This document shows positions 1 through 7,611 of a stretch of DNA of 64,000 nucleotides, piece by piece. Location: positions 20,139 through 84,138 of the IMG/VR virus record IMGVR_UViG_3300036770_003386. The stretch is one strand, 5' to 3'. A model generated the notes under the pieces. That model saw nothing but the letters and a program-made list of their open reading frames with translations, ran no database searches and had not been told where the DNA came from. The translations under genes were made by a program, and so were the position numbers. This DNA is from a virus. Position 1 is the stretch's first letter, and each line of letters starts with the position of its first letter.

Positions 1-823
1 TAATTGAAATCATCTTTGTCTGAATCTTCAATTTTTTAGAAGACTTATCTGCAGAGATCAATCGCTCCCCACCATTGGCATTATTATTAAACCACCAAAA
101 CATTTCACGAAAATAATCATCATGAAATAATGGAAGAAAATTACTTTCAGTATCTCCTATATGTCTAATATAAGGTTTAAGACCATCATACATGGATACT
201 CCTTTTGTTGTACCGTATAATGAAGTTGTCTCAAAGTATTGTAAATCAGTTCCATACTTTAAATCAAATTGTCTTTTGAGTTCATTAGAAGATGCTAGAA
301 GGGCAAGAAGTTTTCCCCCAAGGTAATTATATCCAAATGGTTGAACTGGAACAATATTGAATCCCATTACAAACTCATGATTAATTTTTGATAAAGGTAA
401 AACTTCACCAAAATAATCATTTCTTGGTTTCGAATTAATTGTTGGTGAACCGAAACGAATTACACCAATGATTTTTTCTGTAGTGTCCTCGGTAACAATC
501 CATTTAATCGTTCTTCCTGGAATTGCTTCTTCAATTGCATTGGAAGCAGTTATGTTTAAAATCTCAGAATATAAATCTTGATTGTACTTTGATTTTGGTT
601 TAGAACTGGTATCAACCTCATGAATTGTGAATGACATATCATTTGGATTTATGTCAAAATTAGAAAACATTTCATCTTCTGGGCCAAATAACTTTCCAGA
701 AGAATTAGATATTCTACTTTGTTTTACATATCTTAAATAATCATCAATTCGCTTAAATTTGGAGTAGTAATCAATAAATTGATCTGCTGCCCATATTGCA
801 TCTTTTTCAGATAATAAACTCAT
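1..823 (-). CDS. DruA/DUF4338-like protein (3' end truncated by window edge; not in ORF track)
   Basis: Hand translation from ATG at 823 (ATGA overlap with upstream stop) is open to base 1: MSLLSEKDAIWAADQF...IPGRTIKWIV...IIGVIRFGSP...IVPVQPFGYNYLGGKLLALLASS...FETTSLYG; these motifs resemble DruA/DUF4338. Confidence 0.65.
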   Translation of the reverse strand, partial: MSLLSEKDAIWAADQFIDYYSKFKRIDDYLRYVKQSRISNSSGKLFGPEDEMFSNFDINPNDMSFTIHEVDTSSKPKSKYNQDLYSEILNITASNAIEEAIPGRTIKWIVTEDTTEKIIGVIRFGSPTINSKPRNDYFGEVLPLSKINHEFVMGFNIVPVQPFGYNYLGGKLLALLASSNELKRQFDLKYGTDLQYFETTSLYGTTKGVSMYDGLKPYIRHIGDTESNFLPLFHDDYFREMFWWFNNNANGGERLISADKSSKKLKIQTKMISI

Positions 824-1371
824 ACCACTAAAAACTGGGTCTCATATTCAAGAAGTTGCTCTGGTACATTAATAATATTAGATTCCATAACAACAGAATC
901 TTTCCATTTAGCACCTATTCTATTATATAATACAATTCCAAGATGATTGTACTTTAGGTTTGTTGGAACATGTACTTTATACACACATCCATCATTCTCA
1001 GTTAATTGACTTAACAAATTATTTTCTTTTTTAGTTACAGTAATTGTAGAGCAAGATAACCAAAAGAGTTTTTCAAATTCTTCATAATTTTCCAAAAATT
1101 TATCGGGATTATCCATTACCATTCTACCAATAAATTGAGGAGAAAGGCAGTGATCATGTGTCCTTTCTTTAGGATTATTAATAGCATTTTCGCTGATAAA
1201 TCCAGTATGATTTACACCAGCACAATCAAAAACATTAATATAAAAAGTTCTTGTAATAGGTCGATAATAATCTTCTTTACCCCAATTATTTAAATTAGAT
1301 TTTAAATTATTAAAAGCAGTCTCACAATATGCTTTCCAATTTTTTTTGTATTTTTTAGTCATTGTTTTCAT
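820..1371 (-). CDS. hypothetical protein, possible HNH-like nuclease fold
   Basis: Track ORF 820..1401; ATG at 1371 or 1362 more likely start; THDHCLSP motif followed by TITVTKKENN. Confidence 0.55.
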   Translation of the reverse strand: MKTMTKKYKKNWKAYCETAFNNLKSNLNNWGKEDYYRPITRTFYINVFDCAGVNHTGFISENAINNPKERTHDHCLSPQFIGRMVMDNPDKFLENYEEFEKLFWLSCSTITVTKKENNLLSQLTENDGCVYKVHVPTNLKYNHLGIVLYNRIGAKWKDSVVMESNIINVPEQLLEYETQFLVV

Positions 1372-1567
1372 AATCAGGTTTGTTGTACTTAAGGTACTCA
1401 AAAAAAGTCAATTTCATTTCTTTCTGAGTCATACCACAATGCTTTGCGGCAGCAGGAAGAGTCATTTTAGCACGAAAGAGACCTTCATTTGCCTCTTTTA
1501 CATTCTCGGGAGTTGTTTTAACTGGATATTCGTATAGAGTTGTTCTATTTATCTTATAGGGATTCAT
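1355..1567 (-). CDS. small conserved cyanophage protein, HTH-like
   Basis: 70 aa, overlaps gp44 stop; MTLPAAAKHCGMTQKEM resembles a helix-turn-helix. Confidence 0.6.
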   Translation of the reverse strand: MNPYKINRTTLYEYPVKTTPENVKEANEGLFRAKMTLPAAAKHCGMTQKEMKLTFFEYLKYNKPDYENND

Positions 1568-2514
1568 TTAAATTCAACCTCACACATCATTTCAGTCAGA
1601 GCAGCAAGAAGATTAATCTCTTGATCGGCAACAAAGGATCCCTGATACATATACTTCGCAATAATCAAAATCGCAGAAGGAATTGTAGAAGGAACTAAAG
1701 ATTCATAACACGAATCATAAACACGACGCAAAATAAGATTAGCATCATTGTCAATATTTGCTACTACCCACTTTCTCACTTCTGCAAAGTTCTTATCTTT
1801 CATATTCTTGATAAGATCATCTACTGCAATGTCTGAAAAAGATGCAAGAATTCCCGCGTCAATTTGTCCTCCCGTAGCATATCTTTGGCATTCGTTGAGA
1901 ACTCTTCTAAAATCTGGGAAGTGTTTTGAGACCAGTTCTGCAACGACCTTTTGATCATATTCGATCCTCTCCGCATCCAAGATGTTTTGTAGACGCTTGA
2001 AGAAGGATCCTGCCAACTGCGCTTTTTGTTTCCCTTTGATCGTAAAGTCGATGACGGCACATCGGGAGTGAAGGGGTTCAATGATTTTATTTTTGTAATT
2101 GCAGGTGAAGATGAAGCGGCAGTTGTTATAAAATGCCTCAATATTTGCCCGTAGTAGGAGTTGAACGTCGTTGCCTGTGTTATCTGCTTCATCGATGATG
2201 ATGACTTTGTGTTTAGAAGATCCCATAAGTGATACGGTCGAAGCAAAGTTCTTCGCTTGGTTCCGTACAGTATCCAGGAAACGCCCTTCGTCGGATCCGT
2301 TGATGATATAAAAGTCTGCTCCCAATTCATTACATAATGCTTTTGCAATAGTTGTTTTACCGATACCAGGAGGTCCTGCGAGAAGAAGATTTGGAATCTC
2401 ACCCTTCTCCACAAACTCCTTGAATGTTTTTTTAGTATCATCGGGAAGGATACAGTCATCAATTACTTGAGGACGATACCGTTCCACCCAAAGAAAGTCA
2501 CTTGTCATAATCAA
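1564..2514 (-). CDS. gp44: sliding clamp loader subunit (T4 gp44)
   Basis: LWVERYRP, Walker A GPPGIGKT, IIIDEAD, SRC motif, FPDFRR. Confidence 0.95.
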   Translation of the reverse strand: MIMTSDFLWVERYRPQVIDDCILPDDTKKTFKEFVEKGEIPNLLLAGPPGIGKTTIAKALCNELGADFYIINGSDEGRFLDTVRNQAKNFASTVSLMGSSKHKVIIIDEADNTGNDVQLLLRANIEAFYNNCRFIFTCNYKNKIIEPLHSRCAVIDFTIKGKQKAQLAGSFFKRLQNILDAERIEYDQKVVAELVSKHFPDFRRVLNECQRYATGGQIDAGILASFSDIAVDDLIKNMKDKNFAEVRKWVVANIDNDANLILRRVYDSCYESLVPSTIPSAILIIAKYMYQGSFVADQEINLLAALTEMMCEVEFK

Positions 2515-2852
2515 CCTCCAATTGATTGGCGAAATTGATTACTAACATTGCATGAATATTTTGCTTCTGTAAAAATATTTTCAGGAATCTCATCTGTTTC
2601 ATGATGAATCATGAGTTTTTTGTAGATAGAATGAAAAACTTCATACTCTTGAACTTCACGATCTTCTCCAGGAACATAATCTGAATGTTCAGATTCCTCT
2701 CCATTATCACGAAAAGTTTCATACATACTATCTTGATATGCTATGTTGTTCTCATAATTAAGATACATTATTACATTTTCTAGGACAATTAATTCTTTGG
2801 GAGAAAAAACTTCCATTAATTTGGGATTCCATTCACAATACATAAATTTCAT
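2511..2852 (-). CDS. hypothetical acidic protein
   Basis: 113-aa ORF tightly packed between DenV-like gene and gp44. Confidence 0.55.
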   Translation of the reverse strand: MKFMYCEWNPKLMEVFSPKELIVLENVIMYLNYENNIAYQDSMYETFRDNGEESEHSDYVPGEDREVQEYEVFHSIYKKLMIHHETDEIPENIFTEAKYSCNVSNQFRQSIGG

Positions 2853-2859
2853 AATTTAA

Positions 2860-3372
2860 TTAAATCCAATCAGGTTTTCGTTGCGGCATACGAAGATAAT
2901 TAGATGCAACCCAAGGTTTGCTGCTAATGTACATCTTGTAAGCAGTAAAAGTGTCAATGCTTGTGTCAAATTTAAACTCATCTGGCATCGCACGGGCAAA
3001 TGGTGTTACTTCTGTAATCTTCCCTTTTGGAAAGATATAATAGGTGTGTACAAGAGTATTATAACACGAATGGGTTTTACCATATCGCAAATGATACTCA
3101 TCACACAAATTCATCCCCCACTTGATTAACCAATAAGCATTGTGGATACTATCCATTGCCCATTTGGTACAGGGATGATTTCTAAACGCCCCCTTTTCAG
3201 TCTTGTAAGGAGTGTTGTCTTTTTTATAGAGAGGACCATAATTATGACCCCACTTTTCTGATGCCACAATAGAAAGCATTTGACAGCATTCTAACGGCAT
3301 CTTGACGATGTGTTTGTCTGGAAGTACGATTGCACTTTCAGCAGGCCATGGTGATGTAACAAATATATTCAA
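2860..3372 (-). CDS. pyrimidine-dimer DNA glycosylase (DenV/endonuclease V-like family)
   Basis: MNIF...DKHIVKMPLECCQMLS...NHPCTKW...LCDEYHLRYGKTH; TTG start with GAGG SD. Confidence 0.7.
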   Translation of the reverse strand: MNIFVTSPWPAESAIVLPDKHIVKMPLECCQMLSIVASEKWGHNYGPLYKKDNTPYKTEKGAFRNHPCTKWAMDSIHNAYWLIKWGMNLCDEYHLRYGKTHSCYNTLVHTYYIFPKGKITEVTPFARAMPDEFKFDTSIDTFTAYKMYISSKPWVASNYLRMPQRKPDWI

Positions 3373-3427
3373 AGTTAATCCCTCAAAGTTTTTTAATAAT
3401 TTAAAAGTAGTTCCAACTAAATGTTCA

Positions 3428-3862
3428 TTAGAAGCAATACTTTTTAAGAACGTACTTTACTTTATTAGGTTTAGTTTCCATCCAATATGCTTCTCTTTCT
3501 ATATTGGCAACAGCGGAACCAAAATTTTTTACCGAAACCTTTAAATCTTTTTCTAAATTTTTAGAAAGATTCATTGTAGATGGTGAAATTCCAAATGCTT
3601 TTATTTCTCTCATATTTTGTTTACATGCCTGAGCAACATGAACAGATTCATGAAATAAAACCATATTGAAGTTGTAATTAGGATTTGGTTTTGAAAGAAT
3701 CTTATCAGTACAAAATACCATAGTTTTTGATCGATTATCATACCACCCAAATATGTCATGTTTCCGACATATTGGAGTATTTTCAACTACCCCAATTTTT
3801 TTGGAAATCATGTTATAAATTTCCATTCCTTGGGGAGAAAGATAAAGAAGAAAGTCCATCAA
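3428..3862 (-). CDS. zincin-like metallopeptidase domain protein
   Basis: LFHESVHVAQ (HExxH) plus downstream EREAY. Confidence 0.6.
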   Translation of the reverse strand: MMDFLLYLSPQGMEIYNMISKKIGVVENTPICRKHDIFGWYDNRSKTMVFCTDKILSKPNPNYNFNMVLFHESVHVAQACKQNMREIKAFGISPSTMNLSKNLEKDLKVSVKNFGSAVANIEREAYWMETKPNKVKYVLKKYCF

Positions 3863-4545
3863 CCAAAAGTAGAATCAGGCTCTAGAGCAATATAATACTT
3901 TAAATTGTACTTAGAATTCGTGAACTGTGACAGTAATTTTTCTGACACAACTACATCATAAGCACCAGGAATAATCTTAATGTTTTCAACCTTAAAGTTG
4001 AAGGTAAATTCAGAATCAGTTTCACCAACAATGATAGCGTATTCATTAGAGGTGTCATTTTTTTTATCGCGCACCACCAATTTAATAACGCCCGCTTCTC
4101 CAATAGCAGAAAGATCAGGAAGTTGATAAACTGCTGCTGCTTTTACCAATTTCTCCAGAGAAGTGCTATCCAATTGAAAGCAAACATCCTTAGAAGGAAG
4201 ATTAATCTCTTTCTCTGGAGGAGAAATAATCACATTAGGATCTGCAAAGAAATACTTCACACGTCGTTTACCTTCTTTGATACTCAAATGAGAATCTTCT
4301 TTGAAATCCAAATCAGGATCATTATGAAGACTCAAACCATTCAGAAATTGATTGAGATCGTAAATGGCAAAATCGCGGGGAAAATCTTCAGTAATTTCTG
4401 CTTCTGCCAAAATATTTTTAGCAACAGAAATAGTACGAAGTTTAGTACCTTGCTTTACAAGAATAGAATTATTAATTCCAGCAAAGTTCTTCAGAATAGT
4501 TAAAGTGTTATCAGAGAGTTTCATAGTTTTGTCTTTAAGTTTCAC
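3859..4545 (-). CDS. gp45: sliding clamp (T4 gp45)
   Basis: MKLSDNTLTILKNFAGINNSIL...FAIYDLNQFL...YYIALEPDS; synteny with gp44. Confidence 0.92.
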   Translation of the reverse strand: MKLKDKTMKLSDNTLTILKNFAGINNSILVKQGTKLRTISVAKNILAEAEITEDFPRDFAIYDLNQFLNGLSLHNDPDLDFKEDSHLSIKEGKRRVKYFFADPNVIISPPEKEINLPSKDVCFQLDSTSLEKLVKAAAVYQLPDLSAIGEAGVIKLVVRDKKNDTSNEYAIIVGETDSEFTFNFKVENIKIIPGAYDVVVSEKLLSQFTNSKYNLKYYIALEPDSTFG

Positions 4546-5051
4546 TTGTTTTCAATAAGATTAAGATGATTGATCAAAAGAATAGTATAGTGAAGAACTT
4601 TGAACAAATCAGCACGGGGAGTTCCCTTTGTATCGTATCGATCAATGTATTTGGTCACATTACCAGCACAGAAACCTTCCCGACGATTATGTTTGATTTT
4701 ATCTAGGGTTTGCTCTTTACCACCTCCAGTACGATCAACATAATGTTGCCGATAAGTGCTGGCAATATATTCTTCAAGTTGCTTGAGAATTTTATCTTCG
4801 TTATATTTCCAAAAACCGTTTTTGTTTGTATCTTCAGGCATGTTCAAATTAAAGGTAATAGTATCAGAAGCAAAGAAAGGATTTCCAGTCAAACTATATC
4901 CATCATCATACCAGAAGTTTTGAGAATGATCTACCATTTCACCAGGAAGACGAGAACTTGTAAAAGAAATAGTATCTGAACTAGCACTACCAAAGATGGT
5001 TTGTGGGGGAATATAATCCGAATAATTTGTTTCTAAATTTTCAGAAGACAT
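4542..5051 (-). CDS. hypothetical protein with DUF3310-like C-terminus
   Basis: HY...GFCAGNVTKYIDRY...DLFKVLHY in the C-terminal half; low-complexity N-terminus with SDTISF/SDTITF repeat. Confidence 0.55.
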   Translation of the reverse strand: MSSENLETNYSDYIPPQTIFGSASSDTISFTSSRLPGEMVDHSQNFWYDDGYSLTGNPFFASDTITFNLNMPEDTNKNGFWKYNEDKILKQLEEYIASTYRQHYVDRTGGGKEQTLDKIKHNRREGFCAGNVTKYIDRYDTKGTPRADLFKVLHYTILLINHLNLIENK

Positions 5052-5073
5052 AATTTTTCATAGTAAAGTTAAC

Positions 5074-5094
5074 AAAAAGAGGTACATCTACCTC
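5074..5094 (-). terminator. intrinsic terminator after cobS
   Basis: GAGGTA-GATG-TACCTC followed by TTTTT on the minus strand. Confidence 0.6.
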
Positions 5095-5099
5095 CTTAT

Positions 5100-5128
5100 A
5101 TTCTATCAGTTTGTTTGTTGTTCGTCAA
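5100..5128 (-). promoter_or_regulatory. sigma70-type promoter
   Basis: TTGACG-N17-TAGAAT on the minus strand at the 3' end of cobS. Confidence 0.65.
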
Positions 5129-6209
5129 TGGGCATTTGAAAATCAACATCCACTTTGTCATACAATTCAAGAAAGGATTGCTTGGTTTCGTCGTCAAATC
5201 GATTGACGCAAACTTGGATTGCCTTTGCCTTGTCTTGGAAGATGCTGTAGGCACGGATGATGTGAACCAGACGACGGGTGCTGATGATTTCCTCAATACC
5301 ACCATCGTAGAAGGTCTTGCGGATAATGTCTGCCCAGTCCACCAGACGCTTACAGAAGTCGCGGTCTTCAACACCCAAGTCCAGAGCAACCCCTTCAAGG
5401 ATCTTCTGCTCGGTTGCAGGGGCAGGATAGGACTGCTCAAAGGTCACAGGAAAACGCTCCAGGAATGCCTCATTGAGCACATTGGTGCCGATGAATCGCC
5501 CATCATCACTACCCTTACCTTTCGTGTTGGCAGTAGCAAATACGTTGAAACCTTCAGCAGGTTTTACAAACTTACCAATCTTCTTAAGGAAAACACCTTT
5601 ACCTTCTAGCACGGATTGTAGACAAAGGATTTTGTTAGAGGCAAGGTCAATCTCATCCAGCAGAAGGATTGCACCTCGCTGGAGTGCTTCGATGACTGGA
5701 CCATTATGCCAAACAGTAGCACCATCCACAAGACGGAAACCACCGATCAGATCGTCTTCATCAGTTTCAATAGTAATATTGACACGAATCAGTTCACGCT
5801 TAAGTTGAGCACACGCTTGTTCAACACTGAACGTTTTACCATTACCCGAAAGACCCGTAATGAACGTCGGATAAAAAAGATTGGACTGAATAATTTTCTT
5901 AATATCGTTAAAGTTACCAAACTTGACGAAGGTATCATCTTTATCAGGAATGAGGTTTTGCTCAACTGTAGGGAGAACAGAAGGTGCTTGATAAGAACGC
6001 TCAATCTCTTCAACACGTTCTTGAGTCACTTCCAGGTTCCAACGTCCACGATCAGTTTTAAACTTTTCAAGGCGATTAGTGACAGTGGGATAAGAAATGC
6101 CTTTGGAGGCACAATATCCACGAACATCACCAGAAGAGAACTCTGTACCAAACAAAGATTTGAGGTCGGAGATGAGTTGTTCGTCGGTCACAGAAATTTT
6201 ACGAGGCAT
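5106..6209 (-). CDS. cobS: CobS-like MoxR AAA+ ATPase
   Basis: GLSGNGKT Walker A, LLLDEID Walker B, ATANTKG, LNEAFLERF. Confidence 0.88.
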   Translation of the reverse strand: MPRKISVTDEQLISDLKSLFGTEFSSGDVRGYCASKGISYPTVTNRLEKFKTDRGRWNLEVTQERVEEIERSYQAPSVLPTVEQNLIPDKDDTFVKFGNFNDIKKIIQSNLFYPTFITGLSGNGKTFSVEQACAQLKRELIRVNITIETDEDDLIGGFRLVDGATVWHNGPVIEALQRGAILLLDEIDLASNKILCLQSVLEGKGVFLKKIGKFVKPAEGFNVFATANTKGKGSDDGRFIGTNVLNEAFLERFPVTFEQSYPAPATEQKILEGVALDLGVEDRDFCKRLVDWADIIRKTFYDGGIEEIISTRRLVHIIRAYSIFQDKAKAIQVCVNRFDDETKQSFLELYDKVDVDFQMPIDEQQTN

Positions 6210-6243
6210 GATGTAGTTAGGCGTATTTCATTTGAACTCCCAT

Positions 6244-6301
6244 ATTATACCAATAAAAAAGGAGCAACCAAGTGCCCCATGTGACGGTTTGGAAAGTGGT
6301 T
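6244..6301 (-). promoter_or_regulatory. box + stem-loop + -10 element (copy A)
   Basis: AACCACTTTCCAAACCGTCACA, GGGGCA/TGCTCC hairpin, T-run, TATAAT. Confidence 0.55.
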
Positions 6302-6302
6302 T

Positions 6303-7397
6303 TTATCTACCACTTGCTCTGCGTCTGCGAGCACGATAGTCGGTAGGTTGATCATCTTCTTCTCTTCTTCTAAGAGCACTACCTGGAGCAAACTCATTTC
6401 CTCCTACACGACTATCATTACTTCTATTTGTTGCCTTTTCAATTCCTCTTTTAGTAGCAACAGTTAATCTTCCAGCATCCATTTCAGACTCTCTCTTCTT
6501 TTTTTTATCAGATAATTTCTGAGAAAATCTTCTTCTTTCTATCTGATCAGGATTTTCATGTTCATGATAATCAGAATCTACGGTTGCACCTGGTCTTTTT
6601 TTAGATCTTTTTTCTCCCGTTGGAGATGTGACTGACATAATAGGATGTTTTCTTTCAACAATACTCTGTCTCCACTCTTCACTCATATTTGCCATAATCG
6701 CAAGTGCTTCCTCATTAGTATCAGCATAACCTTCAGCAACCAGATGCTCAAGAATAATATCAAAAATATCACCTCCAAACTCTTCATTTGCAAGTGATTT
6801 TAAACCATGCTTCTTAACATGTTCTCCAGCACGACGACCTGCTTCGTGAGTTACTGCTGCTGCCTTTGCAACTGTTTTACCAGTTTCTCTAGCAAGTTCC
6901 ATTGCTTTACGATGACGCTCCATACCAGCAAGAACTTGTCTTGCAATCGCATCACGAATTGGTCTTTTCTTTGGTTGTTGTGCCTTTGCTTCAGTATCAG
7001 CACCTTTTGATTCTGGTTCTTTTTTTTCAGTTTCAGATCTTTCTTGTGCTGCTGCCTTTGCTTTTTTCTTTGCCTCTTCTTTTGCGGCAATTTTTGCTTT
7101 TACTTCTTCATATGAAGGGCCACCTTTTCTTTTTTTAGCAGATCTCGCTTCAGTCAAAACTGTAAGATCTTCAGAAAGACCATGAACAAATTCTACAAAA
7201 TTATCAAGACCAACTTTTTCAATTAAAATATTAACACCATCTTCATTGAGACCATAAGTATAAAAATATTCTGTTGCAACTTCTACAATATCCTCATCAA
7301 AGATAGTGTTATTATATTCATCTGCTTGCTCTCTAAGATTTTCATCATAAACCGCTTGATAAAGCAGTTCAAAATCCTTTACCTGTTGTGTGTTCAT
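6303..7397 (-). CDS. putative capsid-packaged/internal protein (modular, K/E-rich)
   Basis: 364 aa; contains DIILEHLVAEGYADTNEEALAIMANMSEEWRQSIVE shared with 9846..10382; late-type promoter upstream. Confidence 0.6.
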   Translation of the reverse strand: MNTQQVKDFELLYQAVYDENLREQADEYNNTIFDEDIVEVATEYFYTYGLNEDGVNILIEKVGLDNFVEFVHGLSEDLTVLTEARSAKKRKGGPSYEEVKAKIAAKEEAKKKAKAAAQERSETEKKEPESKGADTEAKAQQPKKRPIRDAIARQVLAGMERHRKAMELARETGKTVAKAAAVTHEAGRRAGEHVKKHGLKSLANEEFGGDIFDIILEHLVAEGYADTNEEALAIMANMSEEWRQSIVERKHPIMSVTSPTGEKRSKKRPGATVDSDYHEHENPDQIERRRFSQKLSDKKKKRESEMDAGRLTVATKRGIEKATNRSNDSRVGGNEFAPGSALRRREEDDQPTDYRARRRRASGR

Positions 7398-7418
7398 TTT
7401 TTTTATTTTAGTATAATT

Positions 7419-7580
7419 TTATTTATTTTTTGAATACTTCTTATTTTTTTTAGGGTTTACTGAGAAATATGAAATAGGTTTTACTGAAAGTTCTGGAGCA
7501 GTTTCTGCCACAGGTTCTGAAACAGTTTCTACCACAGGTTCTAATGTTGATACTTGGAATAAATCTGTAAATCTACTCAT
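7419..7580 (-). CDS. 53-aa hypothetical protein (not in ORF track)
   Basis: MSRFTDLFQVSTLEPVVETVSEPVAETAPELSVKPISYFSVNPKKNKKYSKNK; fills the gap; GATAAATA at 7606..7613 upstream; 24-bp internal tandem repeat at 7499..7542. Confidence 0.6.
   Translation of the reverse strand: MSRFTDLFQVSTLEPVVETVSEPVAETAPELSVKPISYFSVNPKKNKKYSKNK
7420..7427 (-). promoter_or_regulatory. T4-type late promoter variant AATAAATA
   Basis: 23 nt upstream of ATG at 7397. Confidence 0.45.
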
Positions 7581-7611
7581 TAATCCTAATAGAATTTTAT
7601 AAAATTATTTA

